Positions 8,545 to 15,969 of a stretch of DNA of 44,331 bases are shown piece after piece. Positions within the stretch are counted from its first letter, which is position 1, and each line of letters begins with the position of its first letter. Origin of the DNA: Gemmatimonadota bacterium (lineage in GTDB: Bacteria > Gemmatimonadota > Gemmatimonadetes > Gemmatimonadales > Gemmatimonadaceae); contig JAYUTY010000166.1 in NCBI GenBank assembly GCA_043754875.1, positions 1 to 44,331 on the forward strand, read 5' to 3'. Under the pieces are notes generated by a model. It was given only the letters and a program-made list of their open reading frames with translations, was not told the origin of the DNA and did no database searches. A program made the translations under genes and the position numbers.

Positions 8545-9105
8545 TCAGCCCGGCGGCGGACCAGAGTGCCAGAGCACGGCGAAGACGTGGCACGCGCTGC
8601 CAGCCGCGACGAAGCCATGCCAGATGGCGTGCCCGAACCGCAATCGCACGTCCCGGACGTAGAAGAAGACGCCCAGGGTGTAGCACAAGCCGCCGGCAAG
8701 CAGCCAGGCCAGCCCCGCGGGTGACACGTGGGTCATCAGCGGCCGAATCGCCAGCACGATCATCCAACCCATGCCGACGTACAGCGCGGTGGACAGCCGC
8801 GGATACCGGAAGCGCAGCGTGATCTTGGCGATGATGCCGAACAGGGCGAGCGCCCAGATCGCGATGAGCAGCGACCATCCGACCGGCCCGCGCAGTGCGC
8901 CGAGCGTGAATGGCGTGTACGAGCCGGCGATCAGCAGGTAGATCGCGCCGTGATCCACGACCCGCAGCACGTGCTTCGCGCGTGAGACCGGCACGGCGTG
9001 ATACAGCGTGGACGCCGCGTAGAGCATCGTGAGCGTCGCGCCGAAGATTGCCGATCCGATGACCTGCGCGCGATCGCCTGTCTGCATCGCGTGGACGACG
9101 AGCAC
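8545..9105 (-). CDS. hemolysin III / PAQR family channel protein; true N-terminus probably lies upstream of 9105
   Basis: LYHA...DHGAIYLLIAGSYTPF...HAIWHGFVAAGSACHVFAV. The same frame continues upstream as ...LQSLGEEIANGVVHGLGFLASLVALP, which is the conserved family N-terminus. No ATG/GTG/TTG precedes it. Confidence 0.85.
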   Translation of the reverse strand: MLVVHAMQTGDRAQVIGSAIFGATLTMLYAASTLYHAVPVSRAKHVLRVVDHGAIYLLIAGSYTPFTLGALRGPVGWSLLIAIWALALFGIIAKITLRFRYPRLSTALYVGMGWMIVLAIRPLMTHVSPAGLAWLLAGGLCYTLGVFFYVRDVRLRFGHAIWHGFVAAGSACHVFAVLWHSGPPPG

Positions 9106-9193
9106 AGGCAGTGCGACGAGGCTCGCCAGGAAGCCAAGCCCGTGGACGACGCCGTTGGCGATCTCCTCGCCGAGCGACTGAAGCCGAGCGTCG

Positions 9194-9637
9194 TCAGCGA
9201 TGCGAGGCGCGTCCTGTGATCTCGTGGACGTAGATGCCGAAGACGATGTTCCGGTGCGGCGTCGGATCGTGGTGCGAGAACGTTCCGGGTACGAGCGCCG
9301 AGAGCAGTTGTTCGGCGCGGGCGTACGTGTCGGGCGAGCCGAGCTCGGGGTCGAGCAGCTGGAACGTGCCCTTGACCACGACGCTGGACCAGTTGAACAG
9401 GTCGTGCACCTGGTCCGTCTCGAACGCGCAGAACGGATGGTGCAGCAGCATGGCGAGTTTGGTCCCCTTGCTGGTACGCCCGAAGATCCACTCGCCGTCG
9501 CTCACATAGCCGATGGGCTCGATGTCCACACGGTCGTGCATAGTGAACGCGAGCCGTCCTACGTGCTGTCCGACGAGGAGAGCACGCGACTCGTCCGGCG
9601 TCATCTCACGAACGTGGGGTACGGCGGCCTCGGGCAC
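9194..9637 (-). CDS. pyridoxamine 5'-phosphate oxidase-like (Pyridox_ox_2) flavin-binding protein
   Basis: MTPDESRALLVGQHVGRLAFTMHDRVDIEPIGYV.DGEWIFGRTSKGTKL...VVVKGTF is typical of the family. An alternative start is Met12 at 9604. Confidence 0.7.
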   Translation of the reverse strand: MPEAAVPHVREMTPDESRALLVGQHVGRLAFTMHDRVDIEPIGYVSDGEWIFGRTSKGTKLAMLLHHPFCAFETDQVHDLFNWSSVVVKGTFQLLDPELGSPDTYARAEQLLSALVPGTFSHHDPTPHRNIVFGIYVHEITGRASHR

Positions 9638-9646
9638 TGACCCTCC

Positions 9647-10396
9647 TCACGATTTGGGTTGGAGCAGCCCGAGCCGGAGGCACATCTGCACGTAGTCGGC
9701 GCGATGGGCGAGGCCCAGCTTCTCGGTGATGCGCTGCTTGTACGTCTCCACCGTCTTGGGGCTGAGAAAGAGCTGCTCGCCAATCTCGGAGGCGGAGTAG
9801 CCGCCGGCGACGAGGACCAGCACGCTGCGCTCGCGTTCAGTGAGGCGCTCGAACTTCTCGCGGTCGTCGGCGTGCTCCGAGCGCCGCGACATGGCGCGCG
9901 CGAGCGCGAGCGACGCCGACGGCTGGACGTAGACGTCGCCCGACGCGACGGCGCGGACGGCGTCGGCCAGCTCGCGGTCAGCGGCGTTCTTCACCAGGTA
10001 GCCAGCCGCCCCTGCCTCGAGAAGGCTGACGAGGTACTCGTCCTCGGTGTGCATCGTGAGGATGAGCACGCGCGTGGACGAATGGCCGGCGACGAGGTGC
10101 TTGGTGGCGGTGGCACCGTCCATCAGCGGCATGTCGAGGTCGAGCACCGCGACGTGCGGCGCCAGCCGCTCGATGAGGGTGATCGCATCGCGCCCGTTCG
10201 TGGCCTCGCCGATGACCTCGATGTCCTTGGTGGCACCGAGGAGCGCCTTGAGGCCGGCGCGGACGACCAGATGATCGTCCGCGAGAATGACTCGAATGAC
10301 GTCGGGGCGGGTGACGGAAGGCATGCGCGAGGCGGGCCAGGGGCCGGTGCTGATCGCGACGTCAGGAATCGGCGTCGAGATGGGGAGCGCCTGCAT
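9647..10396 (-). CDS. NarL/FixJ-family response regulator (REC + LuxR HTH)
   Basis: IRVILADDHLVVRAGL...DLDMPLMDG...LTERERSVLVLVAGGYSASEIGEQLFLSPKTVETYKQRI. The ATG at 10396 lies 1 nt after the MCO stop. An alternative start at 10324 (MPSVTRPDVIRV) gives a more typical N-terminus. Confidence 0.9.
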   Translation of the reverse strand: MQALPISTPIPDVAISTGPWPASRMPSVTRPDVIRVILADDHLVVRAGLKALLGATKDIEVIGEATNGRDAITLIERLAPHVAVLDLDMPLMDGATATKHLVAGHSSTRVLILTMHTEDEYLVSLLEAGAAGYLVKNAADRELADAVRAVASGDVYVQPSASLALARAMSRRSEHADDREKFERLTERERSVLVLVAGGYSASEIGEQLFLSPKTVETYKQRITEKLGLAHRADYVQMCLRLGLLQPKS

Positions 10397-10397
10397 A

Positions 10398-11516
10398 TTA
10401 CTTCTCCACCACCAGCGCCGTCACCATCCCCAGCATGCCGTGCTCGCTTTCGGCGTGCGGAAGGATGTGGCAGTGGAAGGCCCAGGTGCCCGGATTGTTG
10501 CAGTGCACGATCACGTCCCAGCGCTCGCCAGGCGCAATGTTGAGCGTGTCGCACTTCCACGGCTGCGGCTGCGCCCACCCGTCCTTGTCGATCACCGTCA
10601 TGTGCATGCCGTGCAGGTGCATCGGGTGGATCATCATCCCTTCGTTCATGTAGCGGATCCGGATCTTCTGGCCCAGCTTGGCGGTGAGCGGAACCGTGGC
10701 CGGGAAGCTCTTGCCGTTCAATGTGTAGCCGTGCGCGCCGTCGTTCAGGATGAGCAGATACTCCTTGTCCACCTTCTCGATCGCACGCGGGCGCCTGGGC
10801 TCCACGATGAAGGCGCCAAGCAGCCCCATCCCGACCTGCGTGGCCGAGTTGTGGTGCGAATGGTACATGTGCGAGCCGGAGTTGCCTTCCGGCACCGTGA
10901 ACTCCACGGTGCGGCTCTCGCCGGGCTTGATGACGGGCTGCGTGATGAACGGCACGCCATCGACATCGTTCGGCAGCTCGAGACCGTGGAAGTGCATCGC
11001 CGTGGACTGCGTGAGCTCGTTCTTGAGCGTCACGCGCACCCGGTCGCCCTCACGCACGCGGATCTGCGGGCCGGGGACCTGACCGTTGTACGCCATTGCC
11101 TTCACGTTCTGGCCTGGCGCCACCTCCCAGCTGATCTCGCTGGCGGTCAGCTCGAACACCTTGACCTTCCCGTCCATCGTCGGGGCGAACGGCTGGTTGC
11201 CGTGCTTGGCAGTCTTGGCGGGGAACGCCTTGATCCCCTTCTCGTGCATGGCGTCCATCGCGTCGGCAGCGGCGCGGGGGTTGACCACTGGCGCCGGGGC
11301 AGCCACGGCGGTCGCGATGCCCACGTCGTGGCCGTTGGCCGTGGCCGCCCCCGCCTGCACGACGCCCGTGTCCGAGCCGCTGGCGGCCTTGCCGCACGCC
11401 GCGAGCGCCCCAGCACCGACGGCGGTGAGCGACGCGGTGCGCAGGAAAGCGCGGCGCGACGACATCGTCTGCGCGAGCGCGCTCAGGGTATCGGGGGAGT
11501 TCGTATCGTTTGGCAT
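10398..11516 (-). CDS. two-domain multicopper oxidase, Tat-exported lipoprotein
   Basis: Four Cu motifs: HFHG, YHSHH, HPMHLHG and HCHILPHAESEHGM. Only 74 aa separate motifs 2 and 3. Twin-arginine SRRAFL followed by lipobox LAAC. Start is ATG 11516 or 11465; the ORF-track start at 11642 is unlikely. Confidence 0.88.
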   Translation of the reverse strand: MPNDTNSPDTLSALAQTMSSRRAFLRTASLTAVGAGALAACGKAASGSDTGVVQAGAATANGHDVGIATAVAAPAPVVNPRAAADAMDAMHEKGIKAFPAKTAKHGNQPFAPTMDGKVKVFELTASEISWEVAPGQNVKAMAYNGQVPGPQIRVREGDRVRVTLKNELTQSTAMHFHGLELPNDVDGVPFITQPVIKPGESRTVEFTVPEGNSGSHMYHSHHNSATQVGMGLLGAFIVEPRRPRAIEKVDKEYLLILNDGAHGYTLNGKSFPATVPLTAKLGQKIRIRYMNEGMMIHPMHLHGMHMTVIDKDGWAQPQPWKCDTLNIAPGERWDVIVHCNNPGTWAFHCHILPHAESEHGMLGMVTALVVEK

Positions 11517-11694
11517 CGTCTCTGGCGTAAGGGGGAGGGTACGCCATGGAATTTCGTCGTGGTGGAGCGCCTCCTCTGTCGGGGCAGGCGATGATCTTTT
11601 CGCGGACTTCCCCCACGACGGCGTGAGGGAAATCCCCCACAAACGCCGGCGTCCCCTGACGGGAGGCGCCCGCGCTCGGCATATTCAATACTTG

Positions 11695-12849
11695 ATGAAA
11701 GACGCTACGCTGGCGGCACAGAGAGCTGCGATGAACCAGGTGCTGCCGCCCGAGCTCTTCTCCGGGCTGCTGGCCATCGCCGCCGACGCCGTCATCGCGG
11801 TGGACGAGGAACAGCGGATCATCTTCTTCAACGAAGGGGCGGAGCGGATCTTCGGCTGGACCGCGAGCGAGGTGGGCGGCCAGTATCTCGAGGTCCTCCT
11901 CCCCCAGCGCTACCGTGCCGCGCACCGTGGGCACGTGCACGGCTTCGGTGAGGCGCACGGCCGCGCCCGGCTGATGGGCGAACGGCAGCAGATCAGCGGT
12001 GAGCGGAAGTCGGGAGAGGAGTTTCCAGCCGAGGCAGCGATCCAGCGCGTCGAGCTCGCGGGAGGGCGGAGGATCTACGCGGCCGTGCTGCGGGACATCA
12101 GCGCGCGCCAGCGCGCCGAGGACCTCCTGCACCAGGCAATTCAGGCGCGCGACGACATGATGGGGATCGTCTCGCACGACCTTCGCAACCCGGCCAATGC
12201 GGTGAAGATGCTCGCGCGGAGCATCCTCGAGGGCCCCGAGGGTCGCACGATCGCGCCCGAGATCGCTGAGCGAGTGGAGGTCATGCGCCAGGCGGCGGAG
12301 CAGATGGACGCACTCATCCAGGATCTGCTCGACATCACCCGCGTCGATCATGGGCGGCTGGTCGTCTCGCCCAAGCTTGTGGACGCCGACTGGCTGGTGA
12401 CGCGCAGCGTGGATGCGCTGCGCCCGCTCGCGCAATCGAGCGGGCTGACGCTGGATATGAATCTGGCAGACACGCTCCCGACGCTGCGCGTGGACCCCGA
12501 CCGCATGCTGCAGTTGCTCTCCAACCTCGTTGGCAACGCGATCAAGTTCACGCCAGCCGATGGGCGCGTGACGGTCTCGGCGGAGCCGATCGCCGACGGA
12601 GTCCTGTTCAGCGTCCGGGACACCGGGCAGGGCATCGCCGCCGCAGCGCTACCGCACGTGTTCGACCGCTTCTACCAGATCTCCTCGCCGAGCCGCCTCG
12701 GCGCGAGACATGGCGCCGGTCTCGGGCTGCCGATCGCCCGCGGGATCGTGGAGGCGCACGGTGGCCACATCTGGATCGAGAGCGCCACGGGTGAGGGCAC
12801 CGTCGTGCGCTTTACCGCACCCGCCGCCGCCGAAGCCGACCAGCTCTGA
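11695..12849 (+). CDS. cytoplasmic PAS sensor histidine kinase
   Basis: PAS AVIAVDEEQRIIFFNEGAERIFGW; H-box SHDLRNPANAV; N-box LSNLVGNAIKFT; VRDTGQGI; GAGLGLPIARGIV. The ORF-track 5' extension (11086-11694) runs antisense through the MCO gene. Confidence 0.88.
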   Translation: MKDATLAAQRAAMNQVLPPELFSGLLAIAADAVIAVDEEQRIIFFNEGAERIFGWTASEVGGQYLEVLLPQRYRAAHRGHVHGFGEAHGRARLMGERQQISGERKSGEEFPAEAAIQRVELAGGRRIYAAVLRDISARQRAEDLLHQAIQARDDMMGIVSHDLRNPANAVKMLARSILEGPEGRTIAPEIAERVEVMRQAAEQMDALIQDLLDITRVDHGRLVVSPKLVDADWLVTRSVDALRPLAQSSGLTLDMNLADTLPTLRVDPDRMLQLLSNLVGNAIKFTPADGRVTVSAEPIADGVLFSVRDTGQGIAAAALPHVFDRFYQISSPSRLGARHGAGLGLPIARGIVEAHGGHIWIESATGEGTVVRFTAPAAAEADQL

Positions 12850-12858
12850 GCGAGCCGT

Positions 12859-12878
12859 TGTCGGGACAAGTCCCGACA
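12859..12878 (+). terminator. hairpin 10 nt after the kinase stop
   Basis: tgtcgggac-aa-gtcccgaca, perfect 9-bp arms. No U-tract. Confidence 0.45.
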
Positions 12879-12882
12879 TACC

Positions 12883-12912
12883 GTGCGGAATTGCGACGTC
12901 GACGTTCCGCAC
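12883..12912. promoter_or_regulatory. inverted repeat GTGCGGAA-N14-TTCCGCAC upstream of the USP gene
   Basis: Perfect 8-bp arms; the interior contains the palindrome cgacgtcg. Confidence 0.3.
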
Positions 12913-13047
12913 TTCCCCTGACGGTGTGACTGGCCGCGCCGCGGAAGATTGCATGAGCCAGATCCGATGCGCGGACATGCCGCCGAGCTCTGGACATCGC
13001 TCCGCCGCACCGGAGGTGGCGCGCCACACACTGCACGGGAGCACCTC

Positions 13048-14058
13048 ATGACGCAGACCTCGAGCACCACATTCGCCAACGCCATTCTTCCGGAGACGGT
13101 CAACTCGTCCGGGCCGGTGCTCGTGGCACTGAAGCCGCTGGAAGGCGGCGAGAGCGCACTCGCGATGGCCCAGTGGCTGGCGAGCAGGACGGATCGCGAG
13201 CTGCACCTGCTCAGCGTCGTCGAGCTGCTCGACGTGAACGCCGTCGCTGCCGGAGCGTTGCCGCTTCCTGCGGCGTACTACGAGCATGAACGCGCGGAAG
13301 CGGCTGAGCGGCTGCACGAGCAGCTGAAGGCTGGTCCCCAGGCAGGACTGTCCTGCCGCGTGGACGTGCTGGAGGGATCAGCGTCCAGCGCGATCGCGCG
13401 CGTGGGTCGCGAGCGCGGCGCAGCGTTCGTCGTCGTCGGCACGGGTCGTCACGCCGTGCTCGGCCGCTTTCTCCATGGCGAGCGCGCACTCGACGTCGTG
13501 CGCGGCGCGACCGGTATGGTCGTCGTCGTCCCGCCCGTTGCCCGTACGCCGCTGACGCATGCAATGGTGGCGATCGACTTCAGCCAGGCGAGCCTCCGCG
13601 CGGCGCGCTCCGCGCTTGCCCTGCTGCAGCCTGGCGGCCGTCTCTCCCTCGTGCACGTGAGGAGTGCAGTGAAGCCGAGCGACGAGAGCATCGGCTGGTG
13701 GGACAATGCGTACGAACGACGCGCGCGACTGATGCTCGCCCAGTTCGCGGAGGCACTCCCCGTCGTCGAGGGGGTGACGGTGCAGTCCGTCTTCCTGAGA
13801 GGAGACGCGGTGGACACGCTACTGAGCTTCGTGAACCATGAGGGCGTGGACCTGCTCGTCTGCGGACGGCGGCGACATCCGCTCATGGAGCGCATTCTCG
13901 TCGGGAGCGTCTCCACCGCGCTGGTGCGCCGTGCGCCGTGCTCGGTGCTGGTCGCGCCGGAGCTCGCCACCGACGCGCCCACGGAAGACATCGCGTGGCT
14001 GGCCACCACTCCGGGCGAGGCGCTGCCCACGCCAAGAGCGGAGCTGGCGATCATGTGA
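13048..14058 (+). CDS. tandem universal stress protein (two UspA domains)
   Basis: Two repeats end in VVVGTGRHAVLGRFLHG and LLVCGRRRHPLMERILVGSVSTALVRRAPCSVLVAP. ATG at 13048 is preceded by GGGAG at 6-nt spacing. Confidence 0.85.
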   Translation: MTQTSSTTFANAILPETVNSSGPVLVALKPLEGGESALAMAQWLASRTDRELHLLSVVELLDVNAVAAGALPLPAAYYEHERAEAAERLHEQLKAGPQAGLSCRVDVLEGSASSAIARVGRERGAAFVVVGTGRHAVLGRFLHGERALDVVRGATGMVVVVPPVARTPLTHAMVAIDFSQASLRAARSALALLQPGGRLSLVHVRSAVKPSDESIGWWDNAYERRARLMLAQFAEALPVVEGVTVQSVFLRGDAVDTLLSFVNHEGVDLLVCGRRRHPLMERILVGSVSTALVRRAPCSVLVAPELATDAPTEDIAWLATTPGEALPTPRAELAIM

Positions 14059-14069
14059 ACGGCTCTCCA

Positions 14070-14098
14070 GGGGCGACGCACGAGGTGTGCGTCGCCCC
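14070..14098. terminator. bidirectional GC-rich hairpin between the convergent usp gene and the DUF892 remnant
   Basis: ggggcgacgcac-gaggt-gtgcgtcgcccc, a perfect 12-bp stem with a 5-nt loop. No U-tract on either side. Confidence 0.55.
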
Positions 14099-14115
14099 GG
14101 CCGTCGTGATACAAC

Positions 14116-14643
14116 CTATGGGTGCAACTCCGGGTCCTCGCTGGAGATCTGCTCGCGCTGTGAGATGCCGCCGCCCATGCTCCCCCCCCCATGTCGCCGG
14201 ACATGGGCGTCCGCGTCACCTCACGATCGGACTGGGCTCGATCGCCCATCGCCGCCTGCGCGGTGATCAGTCCCTCGGCGATCTGCGAGAGCAGCTTGTC
14301 GGTCTGCTCCTCCTCATCGAGCCATCTGCTGCGCCGCGATGAGGAAGGCGTCGCGCGTGCTCCCTTCCTCCACCTTCGCGACCATCGCCTCCCCTTCGGT
14401 GATGAGTGCACGACCCGACATGCACTTCGACGCCTTCGCGCGCTCCCCCTGCCGCTTTAAGATCTGCTCCAGTCACTGAACCTGTCGCTCGGACTGCGCG
14501 CGGCGCGTCTCGAACGCCTGCTTCACCGGCGGGTTGTCAGCGAGCTTGGCCATCTTCTGCATCGCCTCCAGCCCTTCCTGCTCGGCGTCATACATCCTCT
14601 GGAGCCTCGTCACGTAGAGATCCTGCAGTGTCTCCATTGCCAT
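14116..14643 (-). pseudogene. decayed DUF892 (YciE/YciF ferritin-like) gene: in-frame TGA, internal deletion/frameshift and frame return
   Basis: Good SD (GAGGAG, 7 nt) and ATG at 14643. The frame reads METLQDLYVTRLQRMYDAEQ...ERQVQ-TGA(14473-14475)-LEQILKRQGERAKASKCMSGRALITEGE...FLIAAQQ, then a stop at 14314-14316. The conserved C-terminal helix LDEEEQTDKLLSQIAEGLITAQAA is in the +1 frame. The tail SMGGGISQREQISSEDPELHP-stop is back in the original frame. Confidence 0.7.
14182..14190. repeat. C9/G9 homopolymer tract inside the DUF892 remnant
   Basis: tccccccccca on the + strand. It lies at the point where the +1 frame and the original frame could rejoin. Confidence 0.9.
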
Positions 14644-14774
14644 GTCCCATCTCCTCGTCGTGTGACTGGTGCATGAATGGCTCGAGCCGCTTCGACGCCA
14701 CGCATCAGCGGGTAGCTCATTCACGGCGTTCAATGTTGTGCTGACTGCGGAGCGCAGACACCGGGCCGCGGACT

Positions 14775-14795
14775 CCGCGAACAGAGTGTTCGCGG
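14775..14795. promoter_or_regulatory. perfect inverted repeat CCGCGAACA-GAG-TGTTCGCGG in a divergent intergenic region
   Basis: 9-bp arms with a 3-nt spacer. It lies 4 nt upstream of the 14799 ATG and about 130 nt upstream of the DUF892 start. Confidence 0.4.
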
Positions 14796-14798
14796 TCG

Positions 14799-15062
14799 AT
14801 GGCATGCTCACTGCGCGATGGCACATCGTCGCTGCGCGTGCTTCTGATGCGTGCGCATCTCGCGCTCGACTTCGTCAACGGTGCGCTGCTCGCAGCGTCG
14901 CCCTGGCTGTTCGGCTTCCGCGATCGCGGCGTCATCCCGTATGTTGTGCTCGGCGTGATGGAGTTGCTGGTCACGCTCAGCACCCGCACGACGCCAGGTT
15001 GGGATACGGCACGCTCGGCGACGTCCATTCGCACGGCCGCCGCCGGAGGCAGGCGATCGTGA
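14799..15062 (+). CDS. small 2-TM membrane protein with one SPW-repeat-like unit (tentative)
   Basis: HLALDFVNGALLAASPWLFGF followed by a second hydrophobic helix, VIPYVVLGVMELLVTLS. An alternative start is ATG 14847. Only one repeat unit is present and the C-terminus is Arg/Ala-rich. Confidence 0.4.
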   Translation: MACSLRDGTSSLRVLLMRAHLALDFVNGALLAASPWLFGFRDRGVIPYVVLGVMELLVTLSTRTTPGWDTARSATSIRTAAAGGRRS

Positions 15063-15109
15063 GGTGACCCGGCCTCGTGGGTACGGGCGCGGAAAACGCC
15101 GAGGAGAAG

Positions 15110-15862
15110 ATGCCGGACCATCGTACCATTCTGAATCGCATGAGGGTCGGCGCGAGCGCGCTCGCCGAGGCGGAGGCATCGTACCTCGGCAGCAACCCAT
15201 ACCGGCTCGTCCACCAGCACGACATGCGTGTCGGCCGGTACGTCGTGCGCGTCGAGATCGCTCGCCCCCTTCCGGATGAGCTCTCCCTGCTGCTGGCTGC
15301 GGCGCTCGCCGACGCACGGCTCACGCTCGACGAGCTTGCACGCGAGCTCGCTGGTGATCCGGAGTCGAAAGTCTGCTTCCCGATCCACGAGACGCTGCAC
15401 GCCTTCGCGCAGCGCGCTCGCAAGCCGCTGTCGCGGATGTCGGACGAGGCGCAGGCGACGATCGAGGAGCTGCAGCCGTACCACGCTGTGGGTGGCTTCA
15501 CCCGCGACTCGCTCTGGATGCTCGACGCGCTTCTCACCGAGGGCGGAGCACGCCTCGCTGCCGGTGCCGTGACGGGCGGCGAGCCACTCGGCGTGAACAG
15601 CTGCCGCAAGATCGTCATCTCTGGCGACCTTGAGCCGGACCATGGCCCGTTCGAGAGCGGCGCCGTCATCGCGGCAGCCGACACGAAGATCGTCGGACCA
15701 GACCCAAAGATCGATCTCTTCCTTCGGCCGAACTTCGCGCTCGCCTTCTCGGCCCGGGGGCCGGCGCGCGGCGGCCTGCTGACCGAGACGATGGGGGCCA
15801 TCGTCGATCGCGTGACGGCATGCGTCGCCAGGCTCGAGGCAGAGGTGCCGGCGACCATGTAG
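15110..15862 (+). CDS. hypothetical protein with no domain I can recognise
   Basis: Strong GC3 bias across the ORF. ATG at 15110 is preceded by GAGGAG; GTG at 15077 is also possible. The sequence is non-repetitive and soluble-looking. Confidence 0.6.
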   Translation: MPDHRTILNRMRVGASALAEAEASYLGSNPYRLVHQHDMRVGRYVVRVEIARPLPDELSLLLAAALADARLTLDELARELAGDPESKVCFPIHETLHAFAQRARKPLSRMSDEAQATIEELQPYHAVGGFTRDSLWMLDALLTEGGARLAAGAVTGGEPLGVNSCRKIVISGDLEPDHGPFESGAVIAAADTKIVGPDPKIDLFLRPNFALAFSARGPARGGLLTETMGAIVDRVTACVARLEAEVPATM

Positions 15863-15969
15863 GTGCGAGCAGCGGGCCCATGCACGGGCGTTGCACGGAG
15901 CGTACACTTGACGAACACCATCCCAACCGAGTTGAAGCGTGGCCTTGATCGTGCATTCCATGGCCACGC

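Noticed and set aside
11086-11694. N-terminal 203-aa extension of the PAS kinase ORF, and similar long extensions at 3364, 6605, 12949, 18339, 22136, 27685, 32854, 38308 and 41223.
   Set aside because: The extensions overlap neighbouring genes or are Arg/Ala-rich with no domain content. Internal starts give standard N-termini, SD sequences or start/stop overlaps with the upstream gene.
14473-14475. In-frame TGA in the DUF892 gene as selenocysteine or programmed readthrough.
   Set aside because: The position corresponds to a conserved Arg, not Cys. I see no SECIS-like hairpin immediately downstream. The gene has further lesions (missing segment, frame changes), and TGA is used as an ordinary stop by many neighbouring genes.
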